NCBI GenBank assembly: GCA_964434115.1
Contig: CAYSSX010000001.1
Location: 85,571-149,570, forward strand
Length of the DNA stretch: 64,000 nucleotides
DNA from: an uncultured bacterium
GTDB taxonomy: Bacteria; Omnitrophota; Omnitrophia; Omnitrophales; Aquincolibacteriaceae
Reading direction: 5' to 3'
The translations under genes were made by a program, and so were the position numbers. The notes below the pieces were generated by a model that had not been told where the DNA came from, made no database searches, and saw only the letters and a program-made list of their open reading frames with translations. Positions 16,937 through 26,267 of this stretch are shown here, piece by piece. Position 1 is the stretch's first letter. Each line of letters opens with the position of its first letter.

Positions 16937-17722
16937 ATGAAGAAGCCGTTTATTGCCGGAAACTGGAAAATGTACAAGACCCCCTCCGAGGCGGTGAGTC
17001 TTGTTCAAACCATTAAAGCCGGTGTTTCCCACAAAACCGATTGTGATATTGTCGTATGTCCTCCTTTCACAGCCCTTGCTTCAGTCACAAAACTTCTTGA
17101 AGATTCCTCTCTCGATCTTGGCGCTCAGAACATGCATTACGAAGCCGAAGGGGCTTTTACCGGAGAGATCTCTCCCTTGATGCTGAAAGACCTCGGATGC
17201 CGTTATGTGATTTTAGGGCACTCCGAACGCCGTCAGTTTTTCAAAGAAGATGATGAACTTATTAATAAAAAAGTCAGGACGGCCGTAAAGTACAGCCTGG
17301 TTCCGATTCTTTGCATCGGTGAAACCCTTGCGGAACGCGAAGCCCGCCAGTTTTTTGAAGTGGTGAAACGTCAGTTTGATGAAGGCCTTAAAGGGTTGAC
17401 CGGTGAAGAAGTGTCCAAGCTTGTGATTGCTTATGAGCCGGTTTGGGCCATTGGCACAGGTCAGACCGCGACTCCGGAGCAGGCGGAACAAATGCATTCT
17501 TACATTCGCCGTCTTTTGAATGAGAAGTACGGAAATGAAACGGCCTCCCGCGTGCCTTTGCTTTACGGCGGCAGTGTGAAGCCCGACAATATTGCTTCTT
17601 TGATGCGCAAACCGAATGTTGACGGTGCTCTTGTGGGCGGCGCGTCCTTGAAAGCCGAAACTTTTTCTCAAATCATTATGAATGCAACGGAAGCTTGTAA
17701 AACAGAGGTTCATCCTTCATGA
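16937..17722 (+). CDS. tpiA: Triosephosphate isomerase
   Basis: MKKPFIAGNWKMY...AYEPVWAIGTG. ORF track starts at GTG 16931; ATG 16937 preferred (GAGGTG RBS). Confidence 0.95.
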   Translation: MKKPFIAGNWKMYKTPSEAVSLVQTIKAGVSHKTDCDIVVCPPFTALASVTKLLEDSSLDLGAQNMHYEAEGAFTGEISPLMLKDLGCRYVILGHSERRQFFKEDDELINKKVRTAVKYSLVPILCIGETLAEREARQFFEVVKRQFDEGLKGLTGEEVSKLVIAYEPVWAIGTGQTATPEQAEQMHSYIRRLLNEKYGNETASRVPLLYGGSVKPDNIASLMRKPNVDGALVGGASLKAETFSQIIMNATEACKTEVHPS

Positions 17723-18234
17723 CCATTTTGATCACCATCCTCCACGTCATTGTTTGCTTTGTTCTCATTGCGGTGATTCTCCTTCAGGCGGGCCGCGGTC
17801 AAGGGCTTACGGGCGCCACTTTTGGAAGCGGCAACGTGCAGTCTCTTTTCGGCACCAAGGCCTCTGTTTTTCTGACCAAGGCAACCTCGGTGTCAGCGAT
17901 TTTCTTTATGGTGACGTGTATCGCGCTTGATCTCATTGAAATCCACAAAAGCAAAAGCCTTCTTGAAACGTCCCGGAGCGCGGCTCCGCTGGATGTGGAT
18001 CAAATTAAGAAAGCGCTTGAGAAAGTTAAAAATGAAAGCCGTGAGAAGGCTGATGCCCTTGCGGTGAAAGCGGAAACCGCGGCCGGTCAGGCTGCGGATG
18101 CGGTTCAGGCCCAATCCGCCGAAGTGAAAGACGCGGCCGGACAAGCCGCCGCCGCGGCTCAAGAAGCCGCGGGTGATGCCAAGCAGCAAGTTGAACAAGC
18201 TGCCGGATCCTTGGCCGAAGCTGCCAAGTCCTGA
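17719..18234 (+). CDS. secG: Preprotein translocase subunit SecG with about 95-aa Ala/Gln/Glu-rich C-terminal extension
   Basis: N-terminal 75 aa match SecG (two TM helices, LLQAGRGQGL...FGT loop). Conserved pgk-tpiA-secG synteny. ATGA overlap with tpiA. Confidence 0.8.
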   Translation: MTILITILHVIVCFVLIAVILLQAGRGQGLTGATFGSGNVQSLFGTKASVFLTKATSVSAIFFMVTCIALDLIEIHKSKSLLETSRSAAPLDVDQIKKALEKVKNESREKADALAVKAETAAGQAADAVQAQSAEVKDAAGQAAAAAQEAAGDAKQQVEQAAGSLAEAAKS

Positions 18235-18275
18235 TCCCACAGCTTTTCCTCGGTTGTTATTAAAAGCCGGAAGGT

Positions 18276-20339
18276 ATGAAAATCCAATCTACCGTTCCGA
18301 TTTCATCCAACCTCCGATATCTCAAGGGAATCGGTCCGAAGCGGGCTGAAACCCTTGAGAAAATTGGAATTCGCGATACGCGCGACCTGCTTTTTTATTT
18401 TCCCCGCCGTTATGAAGACCGCAGTCAATTCAAAAAAATAAGCGAGATAAAACCCGGAGATACCGTCACCCTCAAAGGGCGTATTTTGTCCGCGAATCTT
18501 AAGCGCCTCCGTCGTTTGACGATTCTTGAAGCTGTTCTTGGGGATGACAGTGGAATGATTCCCGCAGTCTGGTTCAACCAACCCTATCTTAAAAACCAAT
18601 TTACGCCGGAACGCGAAGTTGTTTTTTTCGGCAAAGCGGATTTTTATCAGGGGCGTTTTCAGCTGAATGCCCCGGAATATGAAATCCTTGAAGACCGAGA
18701 TGCTTCTATTCACACGGGCCGCATCACACCGATTTATCCTTTAACCGAAGGCCTTTATCAGAAGTCGCTCCGGACAATCCTTAGCGAAGTTGTTTCTCAG
18801 CAGGCCAAAAGCCTGGTGCAGGATTTTCTCCCCGAGAACTTCCGGTCTGCCAAGCGGTTAATGCCTCTCTTGGACGCGGTTCAGGAAATGCATTTTCCTT
18901 CTTCCTTTGAAGCTTTAAATCAAGCCCGGCGCCGCATCGTTTTTGATGAGTTTCTGCTTTTTGAAGTGACCCTGCTGGAAAAAATAAAGATGATGAAATC
19001 CCGCTTTCAAGCGCCGGAGTTTAAAGGCGCTTCGGGCCTTATCGCCAGGTTTGAAAAATCCCTGCCTTTTACTTTTACCGCGAGTCAGCAGCAGGCCTTG
19101 CGGGAAATTGCAGGTGACCTTGAAAAAGACCAGCCCATGAACCGGCTCTTGATGGGGGATGTGGGAAGCGGTAAAACCGTGGTGGCTGCTTTTGCCCTTT
19201 GGGCTGCCGCCGAAGCGGGTTATCAGGGAACGCTTCTTGTCCCCACGGAAACCCTCGCGCTGCAGCATTATGAAAACCTCAAACAGTTCTTCCAGCCTTT
19301 CGGCCTTTCAGTCCGTCTTCTTACGGCGGGGACCGAGGCCCCGGCGAGGGAGCGCCTGCTGGCAGAGTTGAAACAGGGGAAAGTCGCTTGCCTGATAGGA
19401 ACCCACGCCTTGCTGCAGGAGGACGTACTTTTTAAGTCTTTGGGAATCGTGGTCATCGATGAGCAGCACAAGTTTGGAGTTTATCAGCGCTGCCACTTGC
19501 TGAACCGGAGCCCCAGGCCTCATCAGCTGGTCATGACAGCGACCCCGATTCCCAGGACGCTGGCGCTGACGACTTATGGAGACCTTGATTTGTCTGCCAT
19601 GCGCGGTTTGCCCATGGGACGAAAACCGATTAAAACCTACTGGATCACGAGGGCTAAGCAGGCGCAGGTGTATGCGCATATTCTGGAAAAAATAAAGAAG
19701 GGCGAGCAGGCCTATTTCATTTTTCCGTTGGTTGAAGAGACCGAAAAAACGGACCTTCTCGCGGCGGTCACTGAATTTGAGCGCCTGCAGAAAGGGCCTT
19801 TCAGGGGAGTCAAAGCCGGGCTTGTCCACGGCCGGATGCCTTCGGCGGAGCGTGAGGCGGCCATGAAGTCTTTCAAACAAGGCGTCCTCCAGATTCTGGT
19901 GGCGACCTCTGTCATTGAAGTCGGAGTGGATAATCCCAACGCGACCGTGGTGGTTATCGAAAATGCGGAGCGTTTCGGACTTTCTCAGCTGCATCAAATG
20001 CGGGGGCGTATCGGCCGCGGAGAAAAAGATTCAGAGTGTTTTTTGTTCGGGGAACCTGCCACCGAGGAAGGGAAAAAGCGGCTGCGCACTCTGACAAGAA
20101 CCCAGGATGGCTTTGAAATCGCGGAAGCGGATCTTAAATTACGGGGACCGGGCGATTTTTGGGGAAAGAGGCAGAGCGGCGAACCCCTTTTCCGGGTGGC
20201 GAACCCAATCGAGGATGAGGCCCTGCTTATGGAAGCCCGGGAAGCGGCCCGTGAAATTGTCCAAAGCGGGGGATTTACGGACCAAGGCCCCTGGGCGTTA
20301 CTTAAAAATTATCTCGATCAATTTCCTATTCGCTATTAA
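18276..20339 (+). CDS. recG: ATP-dependent DNA helicase RecG
   Basis: Wedge/OB N-terminal region. Helicase motifs GDVGSGKT and DEQHKFG. C-terminal RecG domain. Confidence 0.95.
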   Translation: MKIQSTVPISSNLRYLKGIGPKRAETLEKIGIRDTRDLLFYFPRRYEDRSQFKKISEIKPGDTVTLKGRILSANLKRLRRLTILEAVLGDDSGMIPAVWFNQPYLKNQFTPEREVVFFGKADFYQGRFQLNAPEYEILEDRDASIHTGRITPIYPLTEGLYQKSLRTILSEVVSQQAKSLVQDFLPENFRSAKRLMPLLDAVQEMHFPSSFEALNQARRRIVFDEFLLFEVTLLEKIKMMKSRFQAPEFKGASGLIARFEKSLPFTFTASQQQALREIAGDLEKDQPMNRLLMGDVGSGKTVVAAFALWAAAEAGYQGTLLVPTETLALQHYENLKQFFQPFGLSVRLLTAGTEAPARERLLAELKQGKVACLIGTHALLQEDVLFKSLGIVVIDEQHKFGVYQRCHLLNRSPRPHQLVMTATPIPRTLALTTYGDLDLSAMRGLPMGRKPIKTYWITRAKQAQVYAHILEKIKKGEQAYFIFPLVEETEKTDLLAAVTEFERLQKGPFRGVKAGLVHGRMPSAEREAAMKSFKQGVLQILVATSVIEVGVDNPNATVVVIENAERFGLSQLHQMRGRIGRGEKDSECFLFGEPATEEGKKRLRTLTRTQDGFEIAEADLKLRGPGDFWGKRQSGEPLFRVANPIEDEALLMEAREAAREIVQSGGFTDQGPWALLKNYLDQFPIRY

Positions 20340-20406
20340 TATACGGATTCAGTGCGGGGTGTAGGATCCATGCAGAACGGACAAGTCTTCCAAGTGGAGG
20401 CAGGCC

Positions 20407-21003
20407 ATGAGAATTATATCGGGCGAATTTAAGTCCAGAAAAATACAATTCCCAAAAACCAAGCTGACCCGGCCGATGACGGACCGGACCAAGGAAACCG
20501 TTTTTAATATTGTCGGGAGTCTGGTTACGGGGAAGCATATTCTGGACCTTTACGCGGGAAGCGGTTCTTTGGGGCTCGAAGCTTTGAGCCGCGGCGCCTT
20601 GGATGTCACGTTTGTGGACCGGGGGTCCTGGGCGACCAAAGTTATTCATCAGAATCTCGAATCTTTGGGGTTGACGAATAAGGCCCAAATCCTTGAGGGG
20701 GACGTCATCCGGTCGATCAACCGCCTTGAAAAGCAGAAGCGGTTTTACTCCCTGGTTTTTGTGGATCCTCCGTTCAGTCAAGGACTTGTGAAAAAGACAT
20801 TGCTCCGTCTAGACCAATCTGCTATATTGACGCCCTTCGCGCAGGTCGTGGTGGGGCATTTTAAAGATGAACCTTTGCCAGAATCGCTTCAAACTCTCCG
20901 GCTGGCACGCACCAAGAAGATAGGCCAAGCCTGTCTCTCATTTTATTTTCGTTTGGAGTCACAGGATGGAGAAACGAAGAGCTATATATCCGGGGAGTTT
21001 TGA
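20407..21003 (+). CDS. rsmD: 16S rRNA (guanine966-N2)-methyltransferase RsmD
   Basis: LDLYAGSGSLGLEALSRGA and FVDPPF motifs. rsmD-coaD synteny. Confidence 0.85.
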   Translation: MRIISGEFKSRKIQFPKTKLTRPMTDRTKETVFNIVGSLVTGKHILDLYAGSGSLGLEALSRGALDVTFVDRGSWATKVIHQNLESLGLTNKAQILEGDVIRSINRLEKQKRFYSLVFVDPPFSQGLVKKTLLRLDQSAILTPFAQVVVGHFKDEPLPESLQTLRLARTKKIGQACLSFYFRLESQDGETKSYISGEF

Positions 21004-21451
21004 CCCGATCACGTACGGGCACATTGATTTAGTCCGCCGTGCTCTTTTGATCTTTGACGAAATCATTATCGTAGTCGCTATCAACGCGGGTAAGAATGCG
21101 CTCTTCAGTATTGAGGAGCGCATGGATTTTATTAAGCGCGTGTTCAAAAATACGCCCGGTGTGAAGATCGACAGCCTGGAAGGCTTGACAGTTAAATACG
21201 CCAAGCAGAAAAAGGCCCGGACCATTATCCGGGGGCTTCGGGCAACGTCCGATTTTGACTATGAATTTCAGATGGCTTTAACGAACCGCCGTCTCTCCAA
21301 AGAAGTAGAGACGGTTTTTTTAATGCCTTCGGAAGCTCACTTTTACTTATCCTCCCGGTTGATCAAGGAAATAGCCCTCTTGAAAGGCGATATATCGGAA
21401 TTTGTTCCATCGGATGTCGCGAAGCGCATACGGGAAATTTTCGGCCGCTAG
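20966..21451 (+). CDS. coaD: Phosphopantetheine adenylyltransferase
   Basis: MEKRRAIYPGSFDPITYGHIDLV (T/HxGH nucleotidyltransferase motif). Confidence 0.9.
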   Translation: MEKRRAIYPGSFDPITYGHIDLVRRALLIFDEIIIVVAINAGKNALFSIEERMDFIKRVFKNTPGVKIDSLEGLTVKYAKQKKARTIIRGLRATSDFDYEFQMALTNRRLSKEVETVFLMPSEAHFYLSSRLIKEIALLKGDISEFVPSDVAKRIREIFGR

Positions 21452-21470
21452 CAAGCGGGGAGGATTTGTC

Positions 21471-21941
21471 ATGAAAATAGTGATCTCCGCGTACCAGGAA
21501 GGTATTCCTAAGGATGTCCGGGAAACCTTTGATCCCAAAAAGCTGGAACTGGAACTTGTTGATCTGAAATTTCTGGAAGACCTGAAGCTTGAAGGGGTCA
21601 TCCTCCGGGAAGCGACCACGGTAAGTTTCAGCGGACGTCTGACCAGCAAGGTGAAACGGATCTGCGGCAAGACCTTGAAGGAAGTCACAGAACCTTTGGA
21701 TATTCCGTTCAGCTTCTATTATGAGACGGCGGACAAGGATACGATTGATACCCTGGACGATATCCGCGAGGCGGTTTTGATCGAGCAGCCGATGGTTTAT
21801 TACGCGCCGGGAACAGAAAACGTGGACGTCGGATACGAAGACAAAGAACCGGAATCGGCACCAGATTCAGAGACGAAAATTAAAGACAACGCTCTACGCG
21901 GTCAGCTGAAGAAACTTCGCGACCGCTTCAAGGAGGAGTAA
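21471..21941 (+). CDS. yceD: DUF177/YceD-family protein (large-subunit ribosome accumulation protein)
   Basis: GGGAGG RBS before ATG 21471. Position immediately upstream of rpmF-plsX is characteristic of YceD. Acidic C-terminus. Similarity is modest. Confidence 0.55.
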   Translation: MKIVISAYQEGIPKDVRETFDPKKLELELVDLKFLEDLKLEGVILREATTVSFSGRLTSKVKRICGKTLKEVTEPLDIPFSFYYETADKDTIDTLDDIREAVLIEQPMVYYAPGTENVDVGYEDKEPESAPDSETKIKDNALRGQLKKLRDRFKEE

Positions 21942-21946
21942 AGATC

Positions 21947-22147
21947 ATGGCGAATCCAAAGAGGAGACATTCCAACACCAGAACGCAGACGCGCCGCGCG
22001 CACGATTTCCTGAAGTTGAAATCCGTGTCCAAATGCGCCAACTGCGGAGAACCTATCCTTTCGCACCGCGTCTGCATGGCCTGCGGTTTTTACAAAGGCC
22101 GCCAGGTTCTGACCGTTAAAATCAAAGAAAAGAAGAAAAAGTCCTAG
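21947..22147 (+). CDS. rpmF: 50S ribosomal protein L32
   Basis: MANPKRRHSNTRTQTRRAH... with Cys-x2-Cys...Cys-x2-Cys zinc ribbon. Confidence 0.9.
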   Translation: MANPKRRHSNTRTQTRRAHDFLKLKSVSKCANCGEPILSHRVCMACGFYKGRQVLTVKIKEKKKKS

Positions 22148-22181
22148 TTCGTTTATTGCCTAACGATAAGGAACCACTTTT

Positions 22182-23231
22182 ATGATTCGCATCGCGGTCG
22201 ATGGAATGGGGGGCGATTACGCTCCTGAAACAGTTGTGGAAGGCGCCGTATACGCGGCCAATGACTTTTCCGATCTTGAAATTGTTTTAGTCGGACAAAT
22301 TGATGTGATTAAGCGTGAACTGAATAAGCACCGCGTGCTTGGCGGAAAAATTGTCATTCAGGACGCGAAAGAAATTGTCGGCATGGGGGATTCTCCCGTG
22401 GCCGCGATCCGCAAGAAAAAAGACTCCTCTCTCTCCGTTTGTGTCGATCTCCTGAAAAAACAGGAAGTTCAAGCCGTGGTCACGGCCGGTAATACAGGCG
22501 CCGCTGTTGCCGCGGCAACTTTGAATCTCGGGCTTTTGCCGGGGATCAAACGGCCGGGTATCGCGATCGGCGTTCCCACGCTTCATGGTATTTCAATCGC
22601 GCTTGATGTCGGCGCGAACCTTAATCCTTCCGCGGAGGAGCTTTTTCAGTATGCGCAGATGGCCGACAGCTATGCCCGGTACATCCATCAGAAGAAACGG
22701 CCCGCGATCGGTCTGCTGAATATCGGTGAAGAAGAATCGAAAGGGACGGAAGTGATCAAGGAAGCTTACAAGCTTCTTCGCGACTCCAACCTGAATTTTG
22801 TCGGCAACATTGAAGGGCGGGATTTTTTTACCGGCCGCGTAGACTGCATTATCTGCGACGGTTTTGTCGGCAATGTGGTGCTCAAGATGTGCGAGAGCAT
22901 TCTCGAAACCGTGGGTGCGATGGCGATCCGTGAACTTAAAAAGAGCCCCATCTCTCTTTTGGGCGCCTGGCTGTGCAAGCCGGCCCTGAAGGCCATCCGC
23001 AACGAAACGAATTATGAAGAAGCCGGCGGCGCCCCGCTCCTCGGCGTTAACGGAACGGTGATTATCAGCCACGGTATTTCTTCCGCGCGCGCAATCCGCA
23101 ATGCCATTCACGTGGCGGGGGAGATGGTTTCAAAACAGCTTAATCTCCACATCGTAGAACTCATCAAATCGAACTCTCAAGGGGCCTCGTCCCAGCGCAG
23201 CGAAGAAACCTCGGGCGAAGGTATCCGCTGA
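22182..23231 (+). CDS. plsX: Phosphate acyltransferase PlsX
   Basis: MIRIAVDGMGGDYAPE N-terminus; full-length PlsX. Confidence 0.95.
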   Translation: MIRIAVDGMGGDYAPETVVEGAVYAANDFSDLEIVLVGQIDVIKRELNKHRVLGGKIVIQDAKEIVGMGDSPVAAIRKKKDSSLSVCVDLLKKQEVQAVVTAGNTGAAVAAATLNLGLLPGIKRPGIAIGVPTLHGISIALDVGANLNPSAEELFQYAQMADSYARYIHQKKRPAIGLLNIGEEESKGTEVIKEAYKLLRDSNLNFVGNIEGRDFFTGRVDCIICDGFVGNVVLKMCESILETVGAMAIRELKKSPISLLGAWLCKPALKAIRNETNYEEAGGAPLLGVNGTVIISHGISSARAIRNAIHVAGEMVSKQLNLHIVELIKSNSQGASSQRSEETSGEGIR

Positions 23232-24217
23232 TGAGTACTGTTTACCGGGCATGCATCAGCGGCCTGGGTTTTCACGTCCCCGAAAAAGTTTTGACCAACT
23301 TTGATCTTGAGAAGATGGTTGAGACCACGGATGAGTGGATTCAAACCCGCACCGGGATTAAAACCCGGCACCTTGCCGCGAAAGGCTGCAAAGCCAGTGA
23401 TCTCGGCACCCATGCCGCAAAAGTTGCCCTTCAGAACGCTGGGCTGACTCCTCAGGATTTAGACCTCATCATTGTCGCCACGATCACACCGGATATGTAT
23501 TTCCCTTCAACGGCATGCCGCATTCAGGATAATTTGGGCGCCCGCTGCGGGGCTTTTGATCTTGCGGCCGCGTGTTCCGGTTTTCCTTATGCCCTAACTG
23601 TTGCGGAAGGGTTTATCGCGGCGGGCCGGTACCGCAACATTCTGGTCGTGGGTTCCGAAGTCCTTTCCGGATTTATTGATTGGAAGGACCGCGCCACCTG
23701 CGTGCTTTTTGGCGATGGGGCGGGTGCCGCGATTGTTTCCCGTTCACCCGACGAGCATGGCATTATCGCGTCCCTTCTGGGGTCGGACGGTTCTCAAGGC
23801 GGGATTCTTCAGATTCCGGGCGGCGGCTCGGCTCATCCGCCGTCCACGGAAACCCTGGAACAAGGCCTCCATTTTCTGAAAATGGAAGGCTCGGAAGTTT
23901 TTAAAGTGGCGGTGCGCACCATGGAAGTCGCGGTTCGTGAAGTTCTTGAGCGGGGCGGCTTAACCCTTGAAGAAGTGGATTGGCTGATTCCTCATCAAGC
24001 GAATATCCGAATTCTGCATGCGGTGGCCGAGCGTCTCAAATTCCCGCTCGAAAAAGTGGTGGTGAATGTGGAACGTTATGGAAATATGTCAAGCGCTTCA
24101 ACGGTGGTTGCCTTGGCTGAAGCAGTGCAGGACGGCAGGGTTAAAAAAGGCCAGAATGTCGTACTGGTTGCTTTCGGCGGCGGTTTGACGTGGGCCTCGA
24201 ACCTCATTAAATGGTGA
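23231..24217 (+). CDS. fabH: 3-oxoacyl-ACP synthase III
   Basis: Active-site AACSGF, HQANIRI and GNMSSAS motifs. Confidence 0.95.
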   Translation: MSTVYRACISGLGFHVPEKVLTNFDLEKMVETTDEWIQTRTGIKTRHLAAKGCKASDLGTHAAKVALQNAGLTPQDLDLIIVATITPDMYFPSTACRIQDNLGARCGAFDLAAACSGFPYALTVAEGFIAAGRYRNILVVGSEVLSGFIDWKDRATCVLFGDGAGAAIVSRSPDEHGIIASLLGSDGSQGGILQIPGGGSAHPPSTETLEQGLHFLKMEGSEVFKVAVRTMEVAVREVLERGGLTLEEVDWLIPHQANIRILHAVAERLKFPLEKVVVNVERYGNMSSASTVVALAEAVQDGRVKKGQNVVLVAFGGGLTWASNLIKW

Positions 24218-24221
24218 TGAA

Positions 24222-25166
24222 ATGAAAATCGGTTTTCTCTTTCCGGGGCAGGGTGCGCAGTTCATCGGCATGGGCAAGGATCTTTTCGACGCCCAGCCCA
24301 AAGCCAAGGCCTTGTTTGGACGGGCTTCCGAAATTCTCGGCTACCCTATTGATAAGCTCTGTTTTGAAGGCCCCGAAGAAGAGCTGACGCGCACTCTTTA
24401 TGCGCAGCCTGCGATTTTTGTGATGAGTCTTGCGGCGCTGGAAGTTTTGAAAGCCAAGGAACCGGGGCTTCAGCCCGCTCTTGTTGCGGGACTCAGTCTC
24501 GGAGAGTTTACGGCCTTGACCGCGGCTTCTGCGATTTCTTTTGAAGAAGCCCTCCAGCTCGTGCGTCTGCGCGCGGAAGCGATGGAAGATGCGGCCAAAC
24601 AAAATCCGGGAACCATGGCTTCGATCATGGGGCTTGACCGCGCCGCCTGCGAAGCTGTTGCGAAGGAAGCGGGTTGTGAAGTCGCGAATCTGAATTCGCC
24701 GGATCAAATTGTTCTTTCCGGGACCGTGGAGTCTATCGACCGGGCCTGTGTGCTGGCCGAAGGCCGTCAGGCTAAACGGGCCCTTAAATTAAAGGTGGGG
24801 GGAGCTTTTCATTCTTCTTTGATGCAGCCTGCCCGCGAAAGATTGGAAGCAGCCCTTCGGAACACCGCCATCCAGACGCCGAAGTGCCTTTTTATTCCCA
24901 ATGCCAAAGCGGTGCCTGTTTCCGCGCCGGAAGAAATACGTTCCTTGCTGTCTCAACAGTTAACGAGTCCGGTGCGCTGGACGGAGACCATGGACTGCGC
25001 TAAAACCGCAGGCATTCTTCATTATCTTGAACTAGGGCCCGGAAAAGTTTTGAAGGGCCTTGTAAAAAAATCGATCCCCGAGTTTCAAATTCACGCCTGC
25101 GGCAGCACGGCGGATTTTGACAAACTCGAGGAGTTTCTGCGGTCTAAGGCGCCGCACAGCGCCTAG
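24222..25166 (+). CDS. fabD: Malonyl-CoA:ACP transacylase
   Basis: FPGQGAQ and GLSLGEF (GxSxG nucleophile elbow). Confidence 0.9.
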   Translation: MKIGFLFPGQGAQFIGMGKDLFDAQPKAKALFGRASEILGYPIDKLCFEGPEEELTRTLYAQPAIFVMSLAALEVLKAKEPGLQPALVAGLSLGEFTALTAASAISFEEALQLVRLRAEAMEDAAKQNPGTMASIMGLDRAACEAVAKEAGCEVANLNSPDQIVLSGTVESIDRACVLAEGRQAKRALKLKVGGAFHSSLMQPARERLEAALRNTAIQTPKCLFIPNAKAVPVSAPEEIRSLLSQQLTSPVRWTETMDCAKTAGILHYLELGPGKVLKGLVKKSIPEFQIHACGSTADFDKLEEFLRSKAPHSA

Positions 25167-25199
25167 ACTCAAGGGTTGCAGAAGGGAAAGGATTTTAAA

Positions 25200-25946
25200 A
25201 TGCAGAACCTGAAAGATAAAGTAGCGATAGTGACCGGGGCCAGCCGGGGAATCGGGCAGGCGATAGCTGTTTTGTTTGCCAAAAGCGGCGCCAAGGTCGT
25301 TCTTTCAGCCTCTTCGATTGAAAATTTACGGGAGACCGAGGCCCAGATCAAGGCGCTCGGAAACGCTGAATGTGTTTTGACGCAAGCCAATGTCAGCATT
25401 GGAGATGAAGTCAATGAAGTGGTGAAAATAGCGCTTGACACGTTTGGAAAGGTCGATATACTTGTCAACAATGCAGGGACAACACGTGACAATTTGTTGG
25501 CCTTGATGTCCGAAAAAGACTGGGACGATGTTCTTTCTACGAATCTAAAAAGTGTTTTCCTGTTCACTAAAGCGTGCACACGGCCGATGGTGAAACAGCG
25601 GGGCGGTTCGATCGTGAATGTCGCCTCCGTGGTTGGAATAACCGGAAACGCAGGTCAAACCAATTACGCGGCATCCAAAGCGGGGATTATCGGTTTCACA
25701 AAGTCCGTCGCAAAGGAACTTGCCAAAAGAAATATCCGGGCCAATGTTATAGCGCCTGGTTTTATCAAGACAAGGATGACGGACCAGTTGTCATCCGACC
25801 TTCAAGAAAAAGTTAAAGAGCAGATTGCATTAAAAAGGTTTGGCGAACCGGAAGAAATCGCTGAAGTGGCTGCTTTTTTAGCATCCGATGCCGCAGGTTA
25901 CATAACAGGACAAACACTTGTTGTTGACGGCGGAATGGTCATTTAA
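25200..25946 (+). CDS. fabG: 3-oxoacyl-ACP reductase
   Basis: TGASRGIG Rossmann motif; NNAG; YxxxK (YAASKAG). AAAGGA RBS before ATG 25200. Confidence 0.9.
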   Translation: MQNLKDKVAIVTGASRGIGQAIAVLFAKSGAKVVLSASSIENLRETEAQIKALGNAECVLTQANVSIGDEVNEVVKIALDTFGKVDILVNNAGTTRDNLLALMSEKDWDDVLSTNLKSVFLFTKACTRPMVKQRGGSIVNVASVVGITGNAGQTNYAASKAGIIGFTKSVAKELAKRNIRANVIAPGFIKTRMTDQLSSDLQEKVKEQIALKRFGEPEEIAEVAAFLASDAAGYITGQTLVVDGGMVI

Positions 25947-25979
25947 AAAAATACTCTCATCATTACGGAGGAGGAATCA

Positions 25980-26219
25980 ATGGCGGTTCATGACAAAATC
26001 ACTGAAATCATCGTAGAGCAACTTGGGGTGAAGCCCGAAGAAGTTATCCCTGAAGCTTCCTTCGTTGATGATCTGGGTGCTGATTCCTTGGACACCGTTG
26101 AGCTTGTAATGGCTCTTGAAGAAGAGTTTGGTGTCGAGATCCCGGACGAAGACGCTGAAAAGATCCAGACGGTCGGCGATGCGATCCGTTATATCGAAGA
26201 AAAATCCGGCTCGAAGTAA
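25980..26219 (+). CDS. acpP: Acyl carrier protein
   Basis: [21 protein letters not shown] (phosphopantetheine Ser motif DSL). Confidence 0.95.
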   Translation: MAVHDKITEIIVEQLGVKPEEVIPEASFVDDLGADSLDTVELVMALEEEFGVEIPDEDAEKIQTVGDAIRYIEEKSGSK

Positions 26220-26267
26220 CATTCCAGCAGCCAGCTATTCGAAGAAGTCCACCCAAAAAACAATCCC

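Noticed and set aside
16385-17032. 215-aa minus-strand ORF spanning the pgk/tpiA junction
   Set aside because: Antisense to two highly conserved glycolytic genes. No motifs.
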